A DNA stretch of 52,558 bases, filler included, from Sphacelaria rigidula (taxonomy: Eukaryota), in the NCBI GenBank assembly GCA_964200075.2. It is 4 parts of 4 records of this genome, joined end to end, with 100 filler letters (N's around TTAATTAATTAA, not from the genome) between each part and the next. Parts side by side here need not be neighbours in the genome. Positions count along the whole stretch, not along the records: positions 13,167 to 26,231 come from CAXNAA020003185.1; positions 26,332 to 39,395 come from CAXNAA020003186.1; 2 more parts are not named here. The stretch is one strand, 5' to 3'. Below, piece after piece: positions 25,632-35,873 of this stretch (its first letter is position 1; every line of letters begins with the position of its first letter). The notes beneath the pieces are model-generated. The model saw only the letters and a program-made list of their open reading frames with translations, searched no databases and had not been told where the DNA came from. Made by a program: the position numbers and the translations under genes.

Positions 25632-26231
25632 TCAGCTGAGCACGTTGTGCGCAAGCTTGCACGAATCTGTTCATCATCGAAACGGTTTTTAATGTGAAGA
25701 CAACAACAACAACAATCGAACGTCTTTCAGTACCGCAGGTATTTTTCGTCGAAGGCTCTGCCATGTGTAGGTGAGCCAGGGCAAGCGCTGGGGCTCATGC
25801 GTGTTGGCCACGAATCGCCCCATTTTTGAGGCTATGTGCTGTGTGCAGATCTGAGCGTGGATCCAGAAAAAACAAAAAAAAGTGCTTCCGGCTAGGCTGA
25901 AATTGGTCGTTATGGGGGTACGACAAGAAAATTCTTTGTGTCCAGATTCCGGAAGCCGATCAATCCCCGTCTCGGTAACATACGGTCCACCGGGGGGAAT
26001 CTCCCATGAAGCTCCCATACCTCGTAGCATGTTCTCTGCACACGTAAAACTTTCTCCGATCCCTCGAGGCTGGTGCTATGGTAAGGGGTATTCCGACCTT
26101 CTGTGTACAAGGGTCCGTCCTACTGTTTTGTGTTCCTTCCCAAGGGGGTGTGACGGTGTGACACCGCAGGAGCGAACCCTTTAACCCTTAACCCTTAGAC
26201 CGCTAGGTTAGTCTTCTGTTGAATCGGCATC

Positions 26232-26331
26232 NNNNNNNNNNNNNNNNNNNNNNNNNNNNNNNNNNNNNNNNNNNNTTAATTAATTAANNNNNNNNNNNNN
26301 NNNNNNNNNNNNNNNNNNNNNNNNNNNNNNN
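26232..26331. other. Artificial contig-join spacer (N44-TTAATTAATTAA-N44)
   Basis: Same 100-bp structure as 13067-13166. Confidence 0.97.
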
Positions 26332-28167
26332 AGAAACGGTGCTCCGTCTCGAAAGGGATGCGTGGTCAATGATCAATCGACGAGGGCAAGCAAGAAATGA
26401 GTACGCCCCCCCCCTACCTTTTATGAATACCGAAGAAAACGATTGATAACACCCCGCCCCTCCCGGCGAAAAGTGTGAGGCCTCGATTCCATCCTTACAG
26501 AAGATGATGCGAGTTACTTCGAAGACGTTTGTGTCCGTTGGAAATATTGAAGGTTGTTCAGACGATCCGCGTTCGCAAAAAATGATCGTTCTGACGTCCA
26601 CGTATGTTCCTAAAGCTACCCGGAAGCGTAAATACTCGTGGCTTTTGTTCTCCGATCCAAAGATGATCATTTGCAGCTATTGCGTTGCCGGACAGTGGGA
26701 ATGCGGGTCCTGTGAGAGTGTTGGGTCATGTTCCAACGATGCGCGTGGTAGAGCTCGCTGGCGATGTGAATAGCCTTGGAAGGGCTCACGTCAAGATCCA
26801 TCGATCTTTGTCGGGGGTATTTGGATCTTGCGGGGTATTATTATCCCCTGACTTGACATACTCGAGGTTGGCAACATTGTCACCGCGGAGGTGTTATCCA
26901 TCGTGATCTAGCCGCCGCTCCCCGGTCGTCTAATTAGTACAGCGATAGCGGGTCCGAGCGTAAGGTTGCGAGTGTTATACGCGGAATCCGTGGAACTAAA
27001 ATGGAAGGGCAAATACCGGGAGAGAGATGAGATGATCCCTCGCTATCAAGGACACGTGCCAAGGAAGAGCAGGGATTCATATCATGACGGCAAAAAGAAA
27101 ACGGCACAAATGACGACATCGCGATTTTTGCGAGGTGGTCAGGGGTCATTGTTGTGCGAAGATTGTGTGCGCGTCGCTCGAGGTTCGTCAACCAGCGTCA
27201 ACAGTGGGCGGTGTTTGTTTGGCTGCACTATTCAAGAACTCCCGCTGGCAAGTTCACGTTTTTTTTTTTCTTCAGAGTGTATATTATACCGTTTCTGTTC
27301 GACGCAAGTCGATTTCGATTCTCTGTACACCCTCATGGTACGGTAATGGCCTAAGCGGTACAAGCAACGACTTCCAAAACGTTGGGAGCACGATCTACAC
27401 GTTCCTGGTGTTCCCCAACCCCGATCCCCCCGATACAACATCCACGAAGCGTTTGCACACGGTTCGTGGGGAGATATTCATGCTGAGCTCTGATTTTTCG
27501 GAGGCAGCACTGTCGACGGCGACAGTCTCGTGTGTGCCTCGCCATTATTACTGTTTTCACGAACCTGGACTGAAACCAGCTGGCACACGAGCGTCACCTC
27601 CGAGACAGTCAGTCATGCCTGAGTACTGTTCTGCTCGAGTATGAGGGAAAACTGTCCTTCCGCCCACAAAACTGCTTCGCCCGGGATTCATGGAACTGCG
27701 AGATTTCAGATCTTCAAAATAAAAAAATTGATTTGTCGGAGGCGCTACAGGCCGGTTCAGCTTGAGCGCCCAAATTTTACTTCCCAGCACTATCTCACGC
27801 GGGCTTCTCGAGCCAGACACTGAAATTTTGCACACATGTGCCATGGGGTATTCCAAAACGTTTTATGAATGTTTTTTTATTTTCGTTTTTTCTGGAAATC
27901 CGGGATTTGAGGGTCCCAGGGTTCATTATGAGCTATATGCGACGAACGGAAAATCGACGACTGACTGCATTTTCGTAGGAATTTAGTTTGTTGTTGGAGT
28001 AAAATGTTTTGGCGCGATGTCTGTTTTGTATCGATTTTCTTCTGGATCAACTTGAAGATGATTCCTATCAAAATAAATTTCTGTTGTCCGCGATTATTAT
28101 GCGTCAGTTTTTCTCCCACGGCCCACGGTTTATCTTCGTCATTTTTTTATTTTTCATGTTTTTGCAG

Positions 28168-28262
28168 GATTTCGAGCTGGTGCGCAGACTACGAAGGGAG
28201 GAATTGGCGGGGGGAGGAGAGATCCGTATCTTGGACCAAACGGCGCTATGTGCCCCTCGAAG
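28168..28262 (+). CDS. GT2 glycosyltransferase (TIGR04283-like), penultimate exon
   Basis: Pyrimidine tract, TTGCAG|GAT; DFELVRRLRREELAGGGEIRILDQTALCAPRR matches the (E)D.EL.RRL.R.G.I..L......S.RRW motif; donor AG|GTGTGA, phase 2. Upstream exons not found in the contig. Confidence 0.8.
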
Positions 28263-28367
28263 GTGTGAGCAAACCATTGAACGTGTCAAAGATTATTCAG
28301 GGTTGAGGTCCTGAGTATTTTTAGCGTACCCGGGGTATCAGCTGGTGTCCGGTAGTAATGAAGACTC

Positions 28368-28787
28368 CAAGGGTAGGTCGAGTAGAGTATACTCAATACT
28401 CAGTATTTTTCAAGAGTCATACGTTTAGTACTCGAAATTGGAGTAGAGTATTTCAGACCATACTCGACCTACTCAATTTTTGAGGAGGGTATTTGAGGCT
28501 GTACTCGACCTACTCGAAATTTGAGTAGAGTATTGAGATCTTACTCGAGTGATACTCTATACTCGAGTATTACTGAGAGTGCTCACTCAATATTTGAGTA
28601 GAGTATTCGAGGTTGTACTCGACCTACTCAAAATTTGAGTAGAGCATTGGAGGCCGTACTCAACGTACTCAAAATTTGAGTAAAGTATTTGAGGCCGTAC
28701 TCGACCTACTCAAACGTCGAGTCGAGTAAATACTTGAGTATTTTACTCGAGTATCCAAAAGTAAATACTTTACTCGACCTACCCTTG
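28368..28787. mobile_element. hAT-type MITE, 420 bp
   Basis: TIR CAAGGGTAGGTCGAGTA(G/A)AGTAT (22/23); 8-bp TSD GAAGACTC/GAAAACTC; interior built from TACTCGACCTACTC/GAGTAGAGTA repeats. Confidence 0.9.
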
Positions 28788-29584
28788 GAAAACTCTAGTC
28801 ATGTACCTGGAGTACCAACTGCCGAGAAAACCCAGTATTTCAATCTTTCAGGATACATGAGAACGCCGATTCGTGGACGCGGGGAATATCCAGGATTATT
28901 GAGGTCTCGACCGCCAAAAAGTACTGAGCCGTCCAGGGTATCCCAGATACTGAGCTATACGTTTCCTGTGTACCGTGAGCTTCACCCAACCTAACCGCAT
29001 CTGGAATGTACCTGTATACATGTACGGCATGTAACCGCTGCGCCCTAACGAGGAAGGTTCAGGGTCCGGATCTCGACGTATACTTTTTTTTTTTTTAGCA
29101 GGGTTTGGTTTCACGTCTCTATCGTTGAAAACGTGGGGGCCTGCCTTAGCAGCATTGGAGGGTTATTTGATGAGGTTGGATGTGGTGCGGGGTTGTTGCT
29201 TCAATCTGCGATAACAAGATGTGACGTGGGTACCGGGGTAGGCGTAGGTTGATGGTGCCGTCCAGGGGTTGAAGTATATCGGGACTGAAAAAAGTGTATA
29301 TGTCGTGTGCGAATTAACCTGCCGAACTGTGGACAGTTATTGATAATCCCCCCGCCGATTGGATTGCGTTGTGTGTGTGTATGTCTTTGTCGTGTGTGCT
29401 GTTTTTTCACCGTATACCTCTTCACCTTTCGGGAAACGGCCTCCCATAATAATCGGAACGGGTTAACGCGGAACCATTGTTCATGGGATCTTCTCCCGTG
29501 CTGGCGGCCGACGGTCGTCCTCCTCACATTACATCCACGCCTGGTCGCGCATCCAATAACGACTACAAATACGAACCTCTGCAG

Positions 29585-29711
29585 GTGGGAAGAGCGGGGC
29601 AATAACGTGTTGAAGAACTTTCTGAGAAACTGGGTTTTCGTGTTCCTCTACTCGAAGGCAGGGTTTACGCCCGAACGAATTTTCAAGCTGTACTACGGCA
29701 GAGACCCTTAA
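29585..29711 (+). CDS. GT2 glycosyltransferase last exon A
   Basis: CTGCAG|G, phase 2; (R)WEERGNNVLKNFLRNWVFVFLYSKAGFTPERIFKLYYGRDP*. Confidence 0.8.
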
Positions 29712-29944
29712 AGAAGGATGATATTGCTTTGGCTTGCTTTGGTGCGTTACGCGCCCCTGCCGGGAGGTGGTCTATTTAAAGAAACAACCCCGAATATATA
29801 CATATATTTAGGGATGAAAATGCTCGAGAACTGTTCACTTGGTAGAAGTTTTTTTTTCTCCTTTATCTGGGTTTGTTGACCGACCTACGCAAGGTTGGGT
29901 TGTCTGTAGGGTATACGGGCTGAAATTGTTGATAGGGTATTTGC

Positions 29945-30337
29945 TAGAGTTCGGAAATGGTACCACTTATAACTGACCACTATCAGCATAATGGTTATAA
30001 TGGTGATGGTTACAGGAAAGTTTGGGATGCTGGTTTCAAACCATTGTTTACCGTTACCGGGTTTATAAGCCGTTACTGGCTACGTACGCTACATACAGCC
30101 CTTGAAAATTGGCCCATTTGACGTATTTTTTAGCTCTGGTGAAGCCAAATCGGGTAAAAACGCATCGGGCCCTCCGGGGGCGCCTCCGGCGGGGCCCCCT
30201 CTTCCGGGGGGGGCTTTTTGGCTCGCGGCTGCGCCGCTCGATGACCAAACCATTATGTACCATTTATCTGGTTAATGAGTGCGCTGCGCGTAACCATTGA
30301 ACTGGTTGATGGTTAGGCAAATCATTTCCGAGCTCTA
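29945..30337. mobile_element. hAT-type MITE, 393 bp
   Basis: TIR TAGAG(T/C)TCGGAAATG(G/A)T; perfect 8-bp TSD GTATTTGC at 29937-29944 and 30338-30345. Confidence 0.92.
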
Positions 30338-32670
30338 GTATTTGCACAAGTATTCAAAACGTGTTTTATCGGTAAGTGCCCTTCGGGATCATGCAGGATT
30401 GCGTGTTGGGAACAGGGCTCGACGCCCCGCCGAACCATGCCGAAATGTTTGGTGCACGTGTTGGTATGGTTGAGTATGCCGACCGAAAGTCTCCCACTTT
30501 CCGGTACAGCCTACAGAACAAAACAATTGGCTTTCGCATGGTCATTTTCGAAAATATATATTTAAGCTTGTTCGTTTTCCACCGAAAAAAGGTTGCTTCT
30601 GGTCGGTTATAATTGTCGGTCGGTCGGTTACCGTTTGAAAAAATACGTTTCACTGGTACAATTTTTGAACACTTGGAGCGAGATGAACGTCGTTGATGGG
30701 GGTAGAGTTGACCAGTGTTTTCTGTCGAGGTGATGGGGAAGGGAGGAGATAGAAAGAGACACTTGAACAAACAAGCGGTCGAAAACACGCGTATTCGACC
30801 AAAACGTTGTTGGCGGTTTTGCCAGAGTGTACGCGGAGACAGGACGGGGAGAAAGGGAGAGAGGGTATGTGATCACAAGATGGACAGTTGATGATGGTTT
30901 CACTAGAGTAAACACAGAAGGAGGGCTGGGGGGTAGGCAGAGAGAGGGTGTGTTCACAAGGTGGACACTTGATGACCAGAATGGATGATGCATCGCCCCT
31001 TCCCATTCCCATGATGATGATGACATCAGACATATCCCCCTTTATTCCTCGAGAGGAAGACAGGTGTAAGCGCTTAGGCACCTGCCTACCTTCTTCCAGG
31101 GTCGTGGGCCGGTTAAAGTTGTTGCAGAGCAGATTCCTGATACAGGAAGAGGGGTTGTCAAGTGCTGCAGTAGAGGCGTCATGAAGCCGGGCTACGCATC
31201 ATCATTCAGTCTCGTGCGGGAAGGTTGATGAAGTCACGGTTATGGCAGTTGCGGCGAAACCCATGGCTCACAGGTGCATGGGTCGACCACGTTGGAAGTT
31301 TCACGTCAAACTCTATGTATATTTTTTACACATTCTGAATGAATGCGCATCAAAGTGAACGGACCTTTTACGTTACTCTCACATGTTTTGCTTTGTTTCC
31401 TTCTGCTGGGAAACATGTGAGCAGAAGCGCATAGCGAACATCTTTTTTATATACATATATATATATATATATTGTGTGCGTGTCCCGAAGCGAAGCGTTT
31501 TTTGTTTTTGCTGGTCAGAACCGTGCCGGAGTATGTGCTGTGAGTCATGTGTCGTGTGGTGGTGACTTGATTGAGCGGGCAGTTGTTTCCGAGCTCCAAG
31601 TACGAGAGGGGATACAGTCTGATATAGGCGTGTGTACGAGAAGACGCGGACAAAGATATATCGCTGCGTTTGGGGACACCACGGTGCCCTTTAGGTTAAG
31701 AAATATAATAAATTAATGTGAGCGGGAAACTAGGCAGGGAAGGAGTTGCTGGCGACATTCACAAGGTTCTGACCTTTCTACAGATCATACTGAGTTTTTT
31801 GGGAAGAACAATTTTTTTCAGTGTTTTGGTTGGGAAGAAAATCTGTCCGCATGTTTCTTGAGAAGAGACAAACATGCTGTCTCTTCCCGTAAACATGAAA
31901 GTTGTGTCCTGTGTATACAGCGAGGAGGAAGGAAGTATTCATGGCGCCATGACGACCCGTATTTTATGGCCTTTGTTTGGTTGCGACTCGGAGAGTTGCT
32001 TTTTGTCGTTGCAGTTGTGACCTGTGACCTGGCTGCCAGTTTAGTCGGTCAGTTTTGCTTTTCTGGGCAGTTTCAGGTCACTGGCAGGAGTGGAGAACGT
32101 CTCGATGGCACTTCCCGTCTGCTCGTTGTTTCCCCCCAAAATGTGTCATACTCTCGATATTTTTCGTACATGATTGTCGTACTCCAATCGGTATTCTGAG
32201 TGTAACGTCGTGCTGAACACGCTTGGAGGTGCTGTATAGCTGTGTATGTGGTGGCGTGACACACAGCAGGGACAGCCGCGACAGATACCGATGACCTTAC
32301 TCCCCAGGCTTGGTCGCGGTGGGCATTGTTTCTCCCCCAAGGTTCCGGGGTAACTGAGAGGAGTACCATACGTAGCTGGTCCTGTTGTACTATGCTGGTT
32401 ACGGGCCATGCTAGACGTAGCCTCAACAATTCGGAGGGAGGGGGGGGGGAGGTCGAGATCCGACACAAATCGTCGAACGGATCTGACAGGTGGCGTACCC
32501 TGTTTTGGTGTTGTGCGAATCTTGGAGTGTCCAATGGTTGCTGCTGAACGTGAAACTCGCGTAGGATATGCCTTGGGAAGATGGGACTTTGCTCTTGCGG
32601 GATATATATATATATATATATATATACGCATATATTTTGTTCCGGCTGATCAAGTTGGTACGTAACGGTT

Positions 32671-33000
32671 GATGTTACCAAATCGAGTCGCGCTTTTGCG
32701 CTAGTTTCTGGTGTGTTTTTGCGTCAGAGACGTTTTTCGGCGCGGGACACGCGCGGGGTGTCACGCTCCGCACCTTCTCTCCCCTTGCTCTTTCCAGTAA
32801 TATGTTTGTCATGCGTTTCATATTTCTTCGGGTGACCTCGAGTATAATGTCACTCATGATTTGCTCCTCCCGACACGATGTCGATGTTACCCTATCGTGC
32901 CGCGCGTTTGCGCTTGTTTCTGGTGCGTCTTGCTCCAGAGACGTTGGTAGGGGCGGACACGCGCGGAGCGTTGCGATCCGCACCTGCTCTCTCCCCCTGT
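32671..33000. repeat. Imperfect direct repeat (~120 bp, ~212 bp apart), probably TE sub-terminal
   Basis: GATGTTACC...TTTGCGCT(A/T)GTTTCTGGTG...GGACACGCGCGG...TCCGCACCT starts at 32671 and 32883. Confidence 0.65.
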
Positions 33001-35689
33001 CCTTTTCTATCATTATTTCTATTATATTTCTCGTTTCAAAATTACCCGGGTGACCCGAGTAAAATGTAATGTCATCTGCATTTTTTTCCTCATTTTTTCC
33101 CTCGTTGTATTGTATCGCCTTTTCTGCGCCGATTGCGCCCTCGAAGTGCCGTGGCTTGTAGGACTAGAATTCAACATGGTTTCGAAAAGGTGTAAGGCCG
33201 AATTACGTATTTTGTGTGTTGCCTCCGGCCACCTTCCCCCACCAGCCGGGAATGCGGGGGGGGGTGATGTTAACGCCCGTCTCCGCCAGTAATCCAGTTT
33301 CAAGTAATAACTCGAAGTGGTTTACACCTGCGCCTTTCCAGTTAACTGGTTCCCCGAACCAGTTGACGACTCCAGCTTTTTTGGCTTGAAATATGAGGAG
33401 GTGGATGCGCTGACTGCCATTACCCTACCCAGGTAGCAGCAGCTGGCGCGTCGCGTTGAGCCGTGTGTGGGAGCTCCGAATGTCGCGCGCGCAGTCATTG
33501 CGTGCATGTGTTTCCTGTTTTCCATGTTTCTTCAATGCTTCCGTCTCCGTCTACTTGCTGTAGACTATTGCGGAGGGTGAGCGAGTGTGAGTAAACCAAT
33601 TTTTGATGCATGGAGAACGTTTTACGAGATGACAGGGGATCAAGATGGGGGCAACGTCGGCAAAAACAATGCTGCTCGTGTTTGCGTGGGCATATTTTTA
33701 GCCGTTTTCGTTTTCGCAGATGGTCTGCCTAGAGTATGGCTCGTATTTACGCGTCGTTTTTCATGGCAAAGTTTCGTTGTAGGGTAGACAGTTTCGTGCT
33801 TTTCTTCATACCTTCTTTTGTTTTGTTTTCCTCAAGCATGCATTCATATGTATATATATATCATACAATGACATACCTTGGCTGTGAATATAAATATATA
33901 TATATATATATATGTGTGTCTTTTGTAAATGGCGAAAGTCGACGCGGTGCGGGAGTCTTGATCCAATTGCAATTATTACATGCTGGGCATGCACTGGGGA
34001 GGGAGTGGATTGACCCCTTGAGACTACTCCCCCACCTCCAAAGAAGCGGGGGGGTTGAAAACATGACGAGTACATCTGTATATATATCTATGTAGAAATT
34101 CCCGAGTATTTATTTCTCCTCTTTTCTGTGGCCACCGTACGGCTGTTCACATCCGGCGCCCACTCTTTTGTTCATTGGTGAAATCATCGAAAAACACGTT
34201 GGCGGGAAGTGAAAGATATTTCCTTGTATTGAAAAGACGGCCCCCCTCCTACCTTGCTTGGACTTCTTCGACGTGATGATACTTCCATTGAATCCGTGTA
34301 CAGTCAGTGCAAACCTTGTGGCTTTGATTGCTGTCTAGATATGGACAAATACTCCCGTCTTGGAGCCCCGAAGAGTGGTGCAGCAAAGCGTCAAGCGCTT
34401 TACTGCGAAGCTTTTGGTTCGTGTCCGTGCGTGCCTTCTAGGTTTTTGACTCTGGCTGTGCATGTTCCATTGCACGCTTCAGCAGAAAGTTCCTCTAGAT
34501 GCCCTCGGCCAAAGGGTTGGGAGTGTGTGACGTATGGTGCTGTCCTCCCTGGGTGTGCTGTGTTTTCTCAGGGTGAGGGTAAGGGTTAGAGCTAGGGTTA
34601 CGATTTGATTTTCGTGCCTGCTGCAATGAGCGCGGGGAGGGATGAAGGCGGAGGGGGGGATGTTGAACGATATGCTGTATATGTACACAGTTTTTTTTCT
34701 AGACTTGAAGAAGAAATGTCCGTATGCTGCGCCGGCGGTTCCTCCTGTTAAGGGATCGCCCTTACGCGTGTGCTGCTGTTATCAGCGAAGAACGTTCCGC
34801 GCCGGGCACTTGAGGAACGTTGCCATTTTTTCTCACGCTTGTGACTCGTGTTTCTCCATCAATGATTGTTGTACCATATGAATTTGGGGAAAATGTAAGC
34901 AAGAAGAGAGCGGTGAGGAAAAAGCCTTTTCTTTTTCTTCTCTTCATTGAGTTTTCGTTGAATAATAAACAAACATGTTCTCCATCCGTTCATTCATCCA
35001 ACCGTGGAGCATTCCTGTTCTTCTGTCTTGATTCAAGTAACGGGGTTGGATCGAAAAACACGTTATCAGAAGCGCATCAGTTATTTCATGTGCACGACAA
35101 AGACCGATCACATCCATCCGTGTTCATCCGTCACTTTTCTTTTTTTCTTGTTCCTCCTCGAGTGAGTGCCAGCCCACCATGGTCGGCCTTAGGAGCTATG
35201 ACACATCACATCACACCAGCCCACCTCTCAACTCCCAGTCCGATCCGAACCACCTTACACGTCTAGCATCAGGGGAAAGGGGGAGGGGTGGGGTGCATTA
35301 ATCTAACCCCCCTCCTCCGTCCCTCTTCGTCCCTCGCTGTTCGTACGCCTTCCTCTTTTTCTTGCGCTTGCCGACCCCTGTTACGTTTGCACGCGACAAC
35401 TTCATGTCTCGGCAACGCTTCACTCCATACTCGTGGCTTTTGCTGCTGCACGCGATAACTTCACATTTGGGCTACGCTTCCCCGCCGTGCTCTGCTGCTG
35501 CTACTACTGCTGCTCCTGCTGCTGCTGCTGCTGCACCCGACAACTACATATCCCGGCCCCACTTGTTTTCTGTGCGGTCGGTTTCCTCACTTGGCGTCGA
35601 AATTACTGTTGATGCGTCGTTGCCGTCGGAACAAACTCCTGGATCAACACGTTCTGCTGACCTCATTGTGTTATGTGTTGTATATGTAG

Positions 35690-35873
35690 ATGGGAAGTGA
35701 AGGGTGTCGTGTTGAATTCCTTGATGAATTTCGCCTTCACATTTCTGTACACGGTGCTCAACTTCACGCCTGATCAGATTTTCCGCTGGTACTATGGCAG
35801 GGAGCCACCCAAACCCGCAGTACGACACGAGGTAGAGCCCACAAACCATCTGCCGAAAGGGGTTCTAAAATAG
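35690..35873 (+). CDS. GT2 glycosyltransferase last exon B (paralogous to exon A)
   Basis: TGTAG|A, phase 2; (R)WEVKGVVLNSLMNFAFTFLYTVLNFTPDQIFRWYYGREPPKPAVRHEVEPTNHLPKGVLK*. Confidence 0.75.

Noticed and set aside
28368..28787. CRISPR-like regularly spaced repeats
   Set aside because: No unique spacers and no cas genes; bounded by TIRs and an 8-bp TSD, so it is a hAT MITE. The repeats at 670-1100 and 24250-24420 are likewise TE-internal.
33720..33800. Third copy of the GT last exon (CAG|A TGG)
   Set aside because: Stops after RWSA and lacks the FLY/FTP/YYG motifs.
34570..34600. Telomere-like TTAGGG repeats
   Set aside because: Only about five degenerate hexamers, internal to the contig.
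4082..35873. Functional cluster of peroxidase, PH protein and glycosyltransferase
   Set aside because: The genes lie on different contigs joined artificially by size order.
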